Positions 36,333 to 49,020 of a stretch of DNA of 64,000 bases are shown in pieces. Both the position numbers and the translations under genes were made by a program. The notes beneath the pieces are model-generated. The model saw only the letters and a list, made by a program, of their open reading frames with translations. It was not told where the DNA came from and ran no database searches. Position 1 is the first letter of the stretch; every line of letters starts with the position of its first letter. Source of the DNA: Mobula hypostoma (lineage: Eukaryota); assembly GCF_963921235.1 (NCBI RefSeq), contig NC_086108.1, positions 85,562,001 to 85,626,000 of the forward strand, in the 5' to 3' direction.

Positions 36333-37022
36333 TGGGGTGGTGCGGTAGCACAGTGGTTGGCACAATTATTTGACAGTGCCGCCAATCACTGATCGTGTTT
36401 TGTTTCCCATTGCTGTCTCTAGGGAGATGGGGGAGAGGGGTCACTCCCTCCAACAAGCAAACAAGTCCTTGTCAAATACAGCAGAAGAAAGCAGCAACTG
36501 GATTTGAATTTAAAGGAAAGACAACAACTGGGCTGCAAGATGAAGACAGGAGGGTATGGAACCGAGGGGGGGGGTGTATCTGGGATGCCAGGTAGCACCG
36601 TTGAGCCCCCTGAAGACGTTGTGGGCCTATCAACAAAACGTCAAAGAAGGAGGGCGCCCACCTGATGACCTCGATGACATACCTACCCTCCTTGTCACCA
36701 CTCCAAGCCCACTGTCAATATCGAGAGTGCCGATTTACCATAGGGATTGAAACATCAAGTCCTAGTAGCTCTACTCTCAGGAGCTTGTCCATTCTGTCAG
36801 TGATCATATGGGTTTTCTCTAGGTGGCTCTGGTTTCCCCCCCATTTCAAAGATGTCTGGTTCTGTTACTTAATTGCGGGCATTCTATTTTGGAGAAATAT
36901 GGCAACACTTGCAGGCTGCCCCCGGCACAATCCTCACACTGTGTTGGTCATTGATGCAAAACGATACATTCCATTGTATGTTTTGATGTACATGTGACAA
37001 ATAAAGCTTATCTTTATCTTAT
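36333..37022 (+). mobile_element. tRNA-headed V-SINE with non-CR1 tail, interrupted by a ~350-bp insert (36427-36773)
   Basis: Head GGTAGCACAGTGGTT; V core GGGTTTTCTCTAGGTGGCTCTGGTTTCCCCCC; tail GTACATGTGACAAATAAAG-(TATCTT)n. Confidence 0.75.
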
Positions 37023-37134
37023 CCAATCTTCTGGGTCTCTCATCTAAGCTCCTGATGCTATTGTAAATCCAATTGCTATGTCAACAACATCAACATATTT
37101 ATCAATAATTTTTTTCCCAAAGTATTAGACGAAA

Positions 37135-37580
37135 ACAAAGGCCTAGCATTTATTTAGCACTTTTAAAGATCTAAAAATGTCTTGGAGAAGTTTTCTGATA
37201 AAGAGGAACTTTTGAAGTACATTTGCGATAATGATGCAAAATATGTGGTTTGTGCACATTAAGTTCCCACAAAGACTAGTGTGGTGTTAAATATATAATT
37301 ATTCCTACACTTAATTCGGTTACTAGCAATACTGGTTGAGAGTGAAAGAACTCTGTGTGTCTTTGAAATAATCCCTTGAGATCTTTTCCACAGAACTGAG
37401 AAGACAGACAAGGCACTGGTTTAGTTCTCCTCTTAGAGATCACAGTTCTGACTGCTCAGCACACCCACAGTACAGTACCTGAATGTTTGGGGAGATTTTT
37501 TGATGAGGACTCTGGAGCCAGCATTGAACTCACAAATTTATAACTCTGAAGGGGTGTTGCTCCCAGATGAACCACTGCTG
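37135..37580 (-). mobile_element. Ancient DeuSINE (SacSINE1/AmnSINE1-like)
   Basis: GCATTTATTTAGCACTTTT, ACTTTTGAAGT, CCCACAAA, TTGAAATAATCCCTTGAGATCTTTT, CAGCACACCCACAGTAC and TTGAACTCACAA occur in the order of the remembered Deu-domain consensus. Confidence 0.7.
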
Positions 37581-39093
37581 CTTTAATACGTGCAGAATTT
37601 GTAGATCCTCAGGTTTGAATTAAACATGATTTAGAAACCCTTCTCCCTTTGACAGCAGAAATAAAATACTCCTGCGGGACCAGGAATTCAGTGGCTCAAT
37701 AGTTTTCAATTGCATTATGTAATGTTGTTTATGCATTGTGACAAGAAGGAAGGGCACTATTTCAAAGCATCAACAAGGATCATATTTAGGGTGGTAAATG
37801 TTGTGATTCATTGGAGAATTTGGGTGACTGGAATACATATTATCTATGAAGATCGATGTTCAATTCATGGCCTGTACCATTTCTTGTCCATTAATTTTAA
37901 TAGATGGAATATTGTGTGGCCCACAAAATGGGCCGAGTGTCCATGCCGACAATCCAATGTAACTTTATTACTTAAAAATTATTCAGACATAATGTAATGG
38001 AATAAGAGAATGGCACTGTTGGCTAATTTGGATGTACTTTATAGAAAGGTCAGCATATAACCAAATGAATTTAATGGCAATATTTCATTTAGCATGCAGT
38101 GGAGGGTTTATATGTCTATTGCATGGTAAGGATTCGTTATGGTTTGAAGAGAAGGTATAAGTAAATCGATTTTACCGGTGTGTCACACTAATGATAAAAT
38201 ACAGTGATAATGATTTAACCAAATGTGATAGAATTTCAAAAAGTATTAGTTTTATGCTATAAATGCTCAGGATATGAAAATTATGCACTGTGATTTGTAA
38301 CTTTATTCTGAATTCACAATAAATAATTAGCATAATGCCCTGCTGAATAACTTGCAACATATTTCCAATAATAATAACAGATTTTCTAAAATGTAAACAG
38401 ATTTAAGATTATATTATTTTAATTTGCTGAAGTTGGGAAAAAAAACAACCAAAGCCATAAATTAGGTTATATAAAATGCTGTTTGACTTTAAAATAGGGA
38501 CTATTAATAATCAGAATAAAACAGAAGCACGTATTCAATAGCACCCTTGGAGCTAACATGTCTAGAAAGAGAAATAATATTATGCTTTTATTTTCTATTT
38601 TTATTTACAACAATTCAAAGTATTTTCCTTCTTTAAATAAATATATCAAGTAGTTTAGCTGTAATGAATATTGATGTTTCCCTCTGTTTCTTAATGAATT
38701 CCCAGCATATTATCTTAAAGATTTTAACAATTGACTCCTCATAAATTTCTAACTATTTAGAAGCACATTAATTCTTCAAACAATCTGTCTGTTTTTTTAA
38801 AGAGTGTGGAGATGCAGTTAAACAGTTTTTTTTTGTTGTATGTGATCTGGTTGAATACGTAGCAATGTCATGACCTCCAGTAGTTTTGGTCCCCTTTGCC
38901 TTTGAAGCTCACGTGGTAGCTGGTGTGCAAAGGCCCACCCATGTTAAAACAATTCACACTACAGATACCTTCCGCTCCGGAATAAGAAGTCCAGCACCAG
39001 GAATGTTGAGACATTCATGGGCAATCCAAGTAGAGACAGCTCTTGAATACTGTTCTGCCATCATAGCTTAGGAACTCACAACCTTGATCCTGA

Positions 39094-39162
39094 TGGCACT
39101 ACACTGAGTGAGACACAATGGTAGGTCTTTGGCACGACACTAAGTGAGACACAATGGGTAGG
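39094..39162. repeat. 36-bp tandem duplication
   Basis: TGGCACTACACTGAGTGAGACACAATGGTAGG followed by TGGCACGACACTAAGTGAGACACAATGGGTAGG. Confidence 0.9.
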
Positions 39163-39237
39163 AGAAGACCATTTAAAAATCCTATCAGGCACCTCCTACC
39201 CCAAGTATAAAAGAGGCTACAGTTCTCATATTGTTAA

Positions 39238-39362
39238 CTACATAAGACCATAAAATATAGGAGCAGAATTAGGCCATTTGGCCCATTGAGTCTGTTCCGC
39301 CATTTCATCATGGCTAATCCAATTTTCCTCTCAGCCACAATCGCCTGCCTTCTCCCCATATA
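39238..39362 (-). mobile_element. CR1 3' tail
   Basis: Near match to 24585-24705 (CATAAGACCATAA...GCAGAATTAGGCCATTTGG). Confidence 0.85.
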
Positions 39363-39798
39363 TCAACATCACATTTAACTACAGCCACAAAACAATCGGA
39401 AGCAAATCATACTCAATCAAGTAGTTGGTCCAAGAAAGCTGAATATAAAGTACATGGATTTTAAATAACTTCAATGTGTTTAAGTTCATCTCAAGATTTT
39501 TAGGTATATGGATTGCTTATTCCTAATGAGTAATAAACTTTATTTGTTCTAATTGATTAAAATGGACCAACTACAATTGCAATGGTGTTTTTTAATCATT
39601 GAAATTGTTCCTGGCTGGATTAATGCAAACATAGACTAGAACAGTGCAGTTACCTTTTTAAGATCTACATTTAAGAAAGCAGGTTTAAATGATTATGTCA
39701 ACCAACCAATGTATTTCTGCATGTGAATCAAAACACAATAAACTCACTAAAATAGGTAGCTATGAAGAACAGATATCTCTGAAAATTTGTCCTGAAGC

Positions 39799-39950
39799 TC
39801 AAGATCAAGATTCAAGTTTATTTGCCATGTGTACATTGAAACATACAGTGAAGTGTGTCATTTGCGTTAACTGTCAATAAACCCAGGGTGTGCTGGGGGC
39901 AATTGCTAGTGTCACCGCACATCCAGAAGCAACAAAGCATGCCCACAATC
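39799..39950 (-). mobile_element. Retroposon 3' tail fragment (same tail as 18000-18168 and 36900-37022)
   Basis: TTTATTTGCCATGTGTACATTGAAACATACAGTGAAGTGTGTCATTTGC. Confidence 0.7.
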
Positions 39951-40224
39951 TTTTCCTCCAGTATAAAGTCCTGTTTAAAAAAACAATGCATTCACGGCAT
40001 TTACTATATCATGGTATTGGTAGTACTCATCTCAATTAAAGATATTCATGGAAAATTAATTAATGTGAATTTAGAAGTGATGACAAATAAATGATCAATA
40101 AATTGTGAACAAATGTAGAAGCTGTTGTAAACACCCATTGGTCAAGCTGAGTTAATATTTTGGTTCATTAACTTATTAGTCATTGCTGTTGATCGTTTGG
40201 TTAATAACAGTGTTAAACTGTGCA

Positions 40225-40385
40225 GTATGGTAGACAGTTGATGTTTCGGTTGTGATTTTATATCAGAACCAATCTGATGGGGTGTCATAACCTAGAATGC
40301 TCACCATCTCTTTGCCTCCACAGATATTGTTTAACCCAGCTCTTTGTTTGTGCTCTCCTTCAAGTATATGTTGTCCTTTGTGCCT
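40225..40385. mobile_element. Old fold-back PLE terminal-module remnant
   Basis: Centre ATCAGA-accaa-TCTGAT (40262-40278); arms GGTTGTGA 40248-40255 / TCATAACC 40285-40292; GTTTCG (CGAAAC on the minus strand). Confidence 0.55.
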
Positions 40386-40439
40386 CTATCTTGGTAGTGC
40401 AGGTCATGCAGTCTCCAGTGAATGTGAAAACTACCACTT

Positions 40440-41835
40440 AGAAACATAGCATAGAAACATAGAAAACCTACAGCACAATACAGGCCCTTCAGTCCACAAT
40501 GCTGCGCCGAACATGTACTTACTTTAGAAGTTACCTATAGCCCTCTATTTTTCTAAGCTCCATGTACCTATCCAGGAGCCTCTTAAAAGACCACTGTGGC
40601 CGGCAGCCATTCCACGCACTCACCACTCTCTGCGTTAAAAAACTTACCCTGTCATCTCCTCGGTACCTACTTCTAAGCACCTTAAAACTGTGTCCTCTCG
40701 TGTTAGCCACTTCAGCCCTGGGAAAAAGCCTCTGACTATCCACACGATCAATGCCTCTCATCATCTTATGCACCTTTGTCAGGTCACCTCTCATCCTATG
40801 TTGCACCAAGAAGAAAAGGCCAAGTTCACTCAACCTATTCTCATAAGGCATGCTCACCATTCCAGGCAACATCCTTGTAAGTCTCCTCTGGACCCTTTCT
40901 ATAGTTTCCACATCCTTCCTGTAGTGAGGTGACCAGAACTGAACACAGTACTCCAAGTGGGGTCTGACCAGAGTCCTACATAGCTGTAACATTACCTCTC
41001 GGCTCTTGAACTCAGTCCCACGGTTGATGAAGGCCAATACACCGTATGCCTTCTTAACCACACAGTCAACCTGTGCAGCAGCTTTGAGTGTCCTATGGAT
41101 TTAGACCCCAAAATCCCTCTGATCCTCCACACTGCTAAGAGTCTTACCATTAATACTATATTCTGCCATCATACTTGACCTACCAAAATGAACCACCTCA
41201 CATTTATCTGGGTTGAACTCAATCTGCCACTTCTCAGCCCAGTTTTGCATCCTATTGATGTCCCGCTGTAACCTCTGACAGCCCTCCACACTATCCATAA
41301 CACCCCCAACCTTCGTGTCACCAGCAAACTTACTAACCCACCCCATCACTTCTTCATCCAGGTCATTTATAAAAATCACGAAGAGACGGGGTCCTAGAAC
41401 AGATCCCTGAGGCACACCACTGGTTACCAACTTCCATGCAGAATATGACCCGTCTACAACCACTCTTTGCCTTCAGTGGGCAAGCAAGTTCTGGATCCAC
41501 AGAGCAATGTTCCCTTGGATCCCATGCGTCCTTATTTTCTCAATAAGTCTTGTATGGGGTACCTTATCAAATGCCTTGCTGAAATCCATATACACTACAC
41601 CTACTGCTCTTCCTTCATCAATATCTTTAGTCACATCCTCAAAAAATTCAGTCAGGCTCATAAGGCACAACCTTTGACAAAACCATGCTGACTATTCCTA
41701 ATCATATTATGCCTCTCCAAATGTTCATAAATCCTGCCTCTCAGGATCTTCTCCATCAACTTACCAACCACTGACGTAACATTCACTGGTCTATAATTTC
41801 CTGGGCTATCTCTACCCCCTTTCTTGAACAAAAGA
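40440..41835 (-). mobile_element. CR1 RT/3' fragment
   Basis: YMDFSKAFDKVPH, GVPQGSVLGP, KFAGDTK, RPHLEYCVQFWSP; TTCTATGT-type tail. Confidence 0.96.
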
Positions 41836-41911
41836 ACACTTCTTCCCTTGTTTGTAAATTTTCCAATGTGTTCAAACTTAAAAGAAATCTGGAACTTATA
41901 TAATGTTTGTG

Positions 41912-42789
41912 CACTTAGCAGTCACTTTATTAGGGACACCAATCAGGATACATGCAACCAGGCTTTTCCATTGAAATTGGGCAAGGCTACAACTAGAGTT
42001 CATGGGTTAAGGGTGAAAGGCGAAACGTTTAAGGGTAACAAGAGGGGAAACTTCCTCACCCAGAGCACGGTGAGAGTGTGAAATGATCTGCTAGCGTAAG
42101 TGGTAGATTTAATTTTGATTTCAACGCTTGAGGGAAGTATGGATAGGTACAAGGATGGTAGGGGTATGGAGGGCCATGATCTGTATCTGTCGATGGGACT
42201 AGGCAGTTTAAATAGTTTAGCACAGTCTAGATTGGCTGTAGTGTTCTATGTCTGTATGACTCTGACCTGCACCTGCTCGGTAATGCAAATATCTAATCAG
42301 CCAATCATGTGGCAGCAAGTCTAATACATAAAAGCATGCAAATGTAATCAGGAGGTTCATTTGTTATAAGAGCAAACATTAAAATGGGGAAGAAATGTGA
42401 CCTAAGTGAGTTCAACTGTAGAATAATTGTTGGTACCAGACGGAGTGGTTTGAGTATCTCAGAAATTGCTGATCTCCTGGGATGTTCTCATCCTACAGTC
42501 TCTAGAGTTTAAATAGAAAGGTGCAAAAAGCAAAGAAACATCCAGTAAGCAGGAAGTCTGTGGACATAAACATCTTGTTAATGAGAGAGGTCGGAGGAAT
42601 ATGACCAGACTGGTTCAAACTGACAGGAAGGTGACAGTATCTCAAATAACCACACATTACAGCAGTGATGTGCAAAGGAGCCTTTCTGAACTCACATCAG
42701 ATGGACTATAGCAGCAGACGTCCGTGAACGTGCACTTAGTGGCCACTTTATTAGGTACAGGAGGTAACTAGTAAAGTTGCCACTGAGTG
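41912..42789 (+). mobile_element. Tc1-like DNA transposon derivative (N-terminal HTH only) ending in a TIR-TIR palindrome
   Basis: TIR CACTTAGTGGCCACTTTATTAGGTAC; peptide from 42384 MGKKCDLSEFNCRIIVGTRRSGLSISEIADLLG.S..TVSRV. Confidence 0.88.
41950..42265 (+). mobile_element. CR1 3' fragment nested in the Tc1-like element
   Basis: TRVHGLRVKGETFKGNKRGNFLTQ; matches 530-860. Confidence 0.88.
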
Positions 42790-44189
42790 TGTATGCTAAT
42801 ATAATTGGCTCCCAACTGTAGTTCCACTATTATGTTTGAGGGCAGATTGCAGAGGAATTGCCTTCAGTAAAAAGCAGGCAGCCTGCCTGTTCAACGGACC
42901 TTCTGATACTTGTACCAATCTTTTCTTATAATGTGAGCCTTCAGACATCACATGACAAAGCTCTGCTGGTGGCTATCAATTGATAGCACTCTTGAATGTC
43001 TTTGCTACCAGGATGAGCATAATCGCATTTGGTGTTCCTTGCCAAAGAGGTCAGCCTTCCTGTGTACCAATACATTAAGTAGATGAGAAAAACATTGTTT
43101 ACCTTCCATCAGTTTTCCCTATGGAAAAACAGCAGTCTCAACATCACAGAAGCATTGTACTCTTATGCAGTGATAGTGACAGTTTTATGAACATGAAGGG
43201 CAGCATTGATATAAACATTTGGACTCCTATCACCAGCTCACTGCTGCTCACGGACAGAGAGACGGTTTCATTCAATTAATCTGTTGATTCATTGTGATAA
43301 TAGGCACCAAGTGATGTAAATCAAAGTCTAATTTCTTGGCAGCAGCCATTATTCCTTCACTTTATATCTATTTGCTGTTCTACCATTATTTGTGAGATGC
43401 AGGGCAGCTGCTGATCTGAGATCAGGGACATACAGCATGTCTGGTGGTCCTCTTAAAGTAGCCATGGGGTGAAATGATCGTAACAATATGCTTTACCAGA
43501 ATTCCTGTGGGATATCTGGCAGGAGTCTGAGCTAGAAGTTTAGATATTTGGATAAATAGGTGCATGTGTTTGCACCCAAGGCATCCAAAATAATATTTAG
43601 GTTGGCAGAGAACTACTTAGCATTGGCTAAGAGAATCTGATTTATAAAATTCATGCAGAGCCCAAGATCTAGTTCATTGTAATTTAATTTAAAATTAAAA
43701 AAAACAATTGCACAATGTTTTGCTACATTTAATTTTGGTGGTTTAATTTATTCTAAGATTTCCTCTATTTCTATTGAAGATTCTCAATGCCATTAATCTT
43801 ATGATAATAAACTCCTGGCATTTACAGTTGCTGATCTGAAGTCATTGAAGCAACTATATAATATCTACATCACTGGGCCTGATCAGTTTGATTTGATTGG
43901 TAGATTTATATTACATTTTCCAATTAACTGGGTTACATTTAAAACTGAATTCTCATCACTAGCAGCAACCAAAGACACAATACAATATACTGTAGAAGGC
44001 CATTCTGCCCACTGTTCCTGTACTAATTATGTAATCATTTTATTCTTGTCAATAAAAGTAACTTAATTATCAACTCAAGCTTTCAAACTACTATTTTGCA
44101 ATGATCTTTTTCATTCTACTTAGTTTAAACTCCTGTTTAACAAACCTTAAAACCATTTCAGAAGTAGTTTCAATATCATGGAAAGTTGC

Positions 44190-45968
44190 ATACTTGGGAG
44201 GCTGAGTGTAAATGGAAAGGTGAAATTTTTTTTTAAAATAGTGAAACATTAAGAGGTGTGGGTGTTAAGAGAGACCAGAGCATCCTTGTACAGAAATCAC
44301 CAAAATAATACCATAGAGTCTTTTAAGAGACTCCTGGATAGGTACATGGAGCTCAGAAAAATAGAGGGCTATGGGTAACCCGGGGTAATTTCTAAGGTAA
44401 GGACATGTTCGTCACAGCTTTGTGGGCCGAAGGGCCTGTATTGTGCTGTAGGTTTTCTATGTTTCTATAATGCAAGCAGAGAAAACAGTGAGGGAAGTAA
44501 ACTGAGAATTTTATGGGAGGCAGATTTGAGTACAAATGTAATGTGATTTCACTCCAATTGTTTAGGGACCTGATGAGACTGCATTTGGATTATTGTGTAG
44601 AGGCTGGGTTTCTCTGCTAAGGAAGGGTGTTTTAAGCTGAAACGAGTGCAAAGAAGATTTACAAGGATGCTGCCAGGACTTGAGGAGGGAAGTTGGGCAG
44701 GCTAGAAATGTATTCTTTGTAGTATAGGAGATTAAGCCATGAACTTATAGAGGTGTATAAAATCTTGAGAATCACAGCTAGGGTGAATGTACACAGTCAT
44801 TTTTCCAGGGAAAGGGAACAAAAAACTAAAAGGCTTGGGTTTAAGTGAGAAAGGAAGGTTTGAAAGGTATCTGAGGGGCAACTTCATGCAGAGTGGTGTG
44901 TATATGGAACAAGCTGTTAGAGAAAGTAATTGAGGCACATACAATAACAAAACTTAAAAGATATTTGGCCAGGTATATGGACAGGAAAGGTTTACAGAGA
45001 TATGAGCCAAACGCAGGCAAATGGGATCAGCTTAAATGGGCGTTTTGGCGTGTATCGATGAATTGAGCCGAAGGACCTGTTTCCATGCTTTAAATTCCAT
45101 GACTCTACATTCATGCAACAGAGGAAGTACAGTGAAAGGCTGCCTAAATATTTCCCAGGATAGTCAGCTTGTCATGTCAGGGGGAATGAAGTAGAGAAAA
45201 ATATACAAAATACTGGTGGACCTTAGCACGTCAGGCAGCATCTATTGAAATGAATAAAGAGTTGACGATTCAGGCTAAGACCCTTCAGCATCATGGGAAA
45301 AGAAAGGGGAATAAGCCAGAATAAGCCTTCCTCCCTCACCCAATTACCTTCTCCCTCACATGGCTTCATCTATGATCTCCCAGCTTGCATTTTTTCTCTT
45401 TCCATCACCTTCTTATTCTGACTTCTTCCCACTTCCTTTCCAGCCCTGATGAAAGGCCTTGGCCTGAAGTCTCAACTCTTTTTTTCTTTCCATAGATGCT
45501 GCCTAACATGCTGAGATCTTCCTGAATTCTGTGTGTGTGTGGTGCTTTGGATTTCTAGCATCTGCAGAATTTCTTGTGTTTATTAAGTAGAGAATTCTTG
45601 AAAGTTGAAAGACTGAAAGATGATTTCATTGAATTATTTCAGGGCTTGACAGAATGGATTCTCTAGTTGGTGTATCTATTACTGTGGGTCACAGTTTCAA
45701 TATAAGAGGCAAGCCATTCACCACTGAGATTAGAAGAAATTTCTTCAGCCAGAGATTTTTGAAATTTGGAATTTGTAAGTCTAAGGAAGATCATTTGATA
45801 AGTATATTCAATAAAGAAATCAATAGATTTTTTTGGTATAAGTAGAATAAAAAGGATGTGGTTAGTACGGAAAAGTTGTACAAGTATTACAGATCAGCTC
45901 TGAGGTTACTGAGTGCTGGATCAAGGGGCCAAATGACATATGACTGCTCCTAATTCTAATGTTCTTAT
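44190..45968 (+). mobile_element. Cluster of nested CR1 3' fragments (old host copy plus inserts 44315-44468 and 44630-45110)
   Basis: LMRLHLDYCV, RVQRRFTRMLPG, GHSFNIRGKPFTTEIRRNFFSQR and three separate CR1 tails. Confidence 0.85.
45199..45584. mobile_element. Fold-back PLE mini-element with two oppositely oriented hammerhead remnants
   Basis: 10-bp TSD AAGTAGAGAA at 45189-45198 and 45585-45594; minus-strand motif 45259-45295; plus-strand motif CUGAUGA A AGGCC UU GGCCU GAAG at 45446-45469. Confidence 0.88.
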
Positions 45969-48290
45969 TAAGTCCAAAAGGTATAAATTATAAGAACTTG
46001 TGAATAATTTGCAGTGTGAACCTATTAGATAAAATGTTGTCAACTTCACAACTGATTGAATTAGCCACATAATTTATACTCAATGACTTGTAGCTGATTG
46101 GGAATCATCTGAAGAGTTTTAAGAGTGTTATGGGAAGTGCACAGTGATTATCCAGTTATCATTCAGTTGTAAGTTCTGAGCCTCTTAAATCTGACTTCAG
46201 AGAAATTATTGCATCTGTGGTGAAACTAGATGATTTATTAACTCAGTTTCTCTTTAAATTTAAAAACATTTTTTTTTTATTTAATGTGGGGCACTTCCAT
46301 TCTTCTGCTTCCTTTTCTTCTGCATTCTATTGGCAAAACTTTTTTTAAAGGCTTAATTGGTTGAAAACCAATTAACCAATTCTTCCTAGCCAATTAGGAA
46401 ACTATATCATTAAGGAACAAATCGGTTAATTTATAAATTGTGTACTAATACTGTCTTCGATGAATTAGTTTCACAGTCTTGCCAGCAGCAAAATTTTCTC
46501 AGCAGTACTTAAGGGGTTAATTCGTGCCTTTATAATTATGGTTGTACAGATGTAGGAATCAATTAGATACTCAAAAGTCATCAAGAAACTTCAATAATTA
46601 AAGATCAGCTGGTAGGTACACCCAGTTACCTAGTTATCCTGGCACTTTAGGCAGTATGCTTATACTTAACTTCAATATCATATTTTCTGGTGTGGATTCA
46701 AGAACTGTAAGTGCCAATTTAGCCAATTACTGGGAGAACATTTTACCTTAATTTAGCTAGCTTACTTACCATTTTCTACTCTTTTAAAATCTGTGCCATT
46801 AGCTAAAGCTGTAATTTGGCCATATTTTATTTCATTGACAGACTAAAGGCAGTGGGTTTTCACCACTTTCTCAGTTTAATGGAATTTGCAATACAATATG
46901 ACTGTTCAAATATTTAGAATGCAGAATAAGTAATCACAGAGCAATACAAATTATATTTTCCATTATAGTGGTGAACAATTAACATGAGGTTATAGGTTTG
47001 CACTGTTCTCAACTGGCACTGTAAGAAGTTTGCAATTATGGCATTTTTAAGCAGATCAATTGGAGCACCTTGAAACAGATGATATTCTAGTCAAAAAGAA
47101 TCAATTTTGCAAGTAACTATGGACTTGTTTGGAGGCTGTGATTCTACTTCCAGGTCCTTTTCTCACAGGGAGAACATTTTGCAGCGGTGTTTTATACAAC
47201 ATATGGTGGAGAGCACTAAATATTGGGATAAAATACAGTACTTCCAATTGCATTTTACAGTTTAGTATGAATAGAATTCTGAATTTATAAACACTTGATG
47301 CTGGAATGGAAATGATTTAGGCTACCAAGACTCTTTCGTAACAATTTTATAAGCTTTATGAATATTCAGGGTTTAGAGTTCAATCTAATTAAGACTTCCT
47401 CTCATGCAGCCATCATGAGAAGAAGACTAGGGCAAATGTAAAGCTTGTTGTGGAAAAGTGGATCGCTTGTCATTTTAGACAGGGAAGTCATAAAAGAAAG
47501 CAGGATTGCAGACATCAGGCCATGAGTCAGGAAGTATCCTCTCAACATCAATTTTTATTGTACAACTTCTCAGCATGATTTACTGAGGCAGAGCAAAATT
47601 AAACAATTATGAAAATATCTCAGATTAAAAGCATTGTCTTGGATATGCTGGTATTTCCATTTCAAAGTTCAGAGTATATCAATTTTGTGTATGTTACTCT
47701 ATACTACCTTGAGATTTCTGCTGGCTATTTGGAAGTCTTACGTATAACCTTAGCAAAGTGTACCTTTCTTATTCCCACTTTTTTCTTTGTCCGACTTTAT
47801 TGAACAATCTCTCCAGAATATCCCCCCTGAGTACTGACTTTATGACCTCCTTATCAGTAGTGTGGCTTGCTGTCCTCTTTTACAACCCCTCTGCTGCATC
47901 TAACTCTTCAATAGCCTGGAATATTAAGCTGCCTCTCCTGCTATTCCTTTATCTGCACTTCCAAGGTTTCAGTAAATTGTAATTCCAAATCCTGATCCAT
48001 TTTCTAAGCTCATAGGACTTAACCTGTGAGACTCTTTGCATTAAAGTAAATTCATTTGAGCTTGTCAGCTCTCCTGTGCTTCTTAATTTGCCTCTGTCTG
48101 TTCTGCCCAATGGACTCGCTTGATTTGTCCTCCACATTTTTCTCCCTACCTGCCACACTGCTGCTACTCTTTAAGTTCCCCTGTCAGATTAGTTTAAACT
48201 CTCCTGATTAACGTAAGCAAGCTACTCTGCAGGGATATAGATCCTCCTTCAATTTGGGTGCATTCCATTATAAGTGTCTCCCCAGGTCCA

Positions 48291-48326
48291 CGGTGATCCC
48301 GGTGATCCCAGTAATCCCAGTAATCC
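48291..48326. repeat. 9-bp minisatellite, 4 copies
   Basis: CGGTGATCC CGGTGATCC CAGTAATCC CAGTAATCC. Confidence 0.9.
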
Positions 48327-48407
48327 ATGTAACTAAAGTCCTCCCTCTACAGACACATGTCACCAATTTCTACCCTCACTGACCCATGACACTAGCAATA
48401 ATCTTGA

Positions 48408-49020
48408 TGTACGGGGTCTTTCTTTTTCTTGTATGTTAAATTTAAAATGGCTTCTTTGTTATGTTATACTAGGGAATGCTTCTTTGTTATGTTAAATGCT
48501 GAGAAAGTCTCTAGCTAGAGAGTTGCTTAGGTTAATACAGATAGCAGGGTGCTATTAACCAATGGGTGGTCATGTATCATTTTGTTTTCGGATGGTAATG
48601 CTGTATCATATGACTGTGGACGGGGTTTTGGCGGGGAGTTGGAGGAGAGATGGGGAGGATGGCGGACATGCAGAAAGGCTCCGGTCAATCACATTGGGTG
48701 GTCCCGAGCCGTGAGTTGACAGGATTCGGGTGGTCGTCAGGAATCGATTGAGTTCCAACGGTTGCGCGCGAAGAACTTGGACTTTGATAAGTCTTGGCGC
48801 CTTTTTTTTCATTACTTCCTTTTCTGTATCGAATTTATATTAATGTCATAGACTTAGTAATATCTATAAAGTGTACTTGGTAAAATGTACTGTGTGTGCT
48901 GGCTGATGATTGATGTTTGGGATTGATTCGGGCGGCAACTGACTCCGTGGGAAGCGTTGAGGCAGGTGCTGGGTGGGATTTCCCCTAGACATATATGAGC
49001 CAATATAACTGAGCGTTACA
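48408..49020. repeat. Solo LTR, 613 bp
   Basis: TGTACG...CGTTACA termini; 4-bp TSD TTGA/CTGA; host CR1 sequence resumes after it; CpG retained. Confidence 0.85.

Noticed and set aside
39094..39162. CRISPR-like 36-bp repeat
   Set aside because: Two adjacent copies without spacers, in eukaryotic DNA, with no cas genes.
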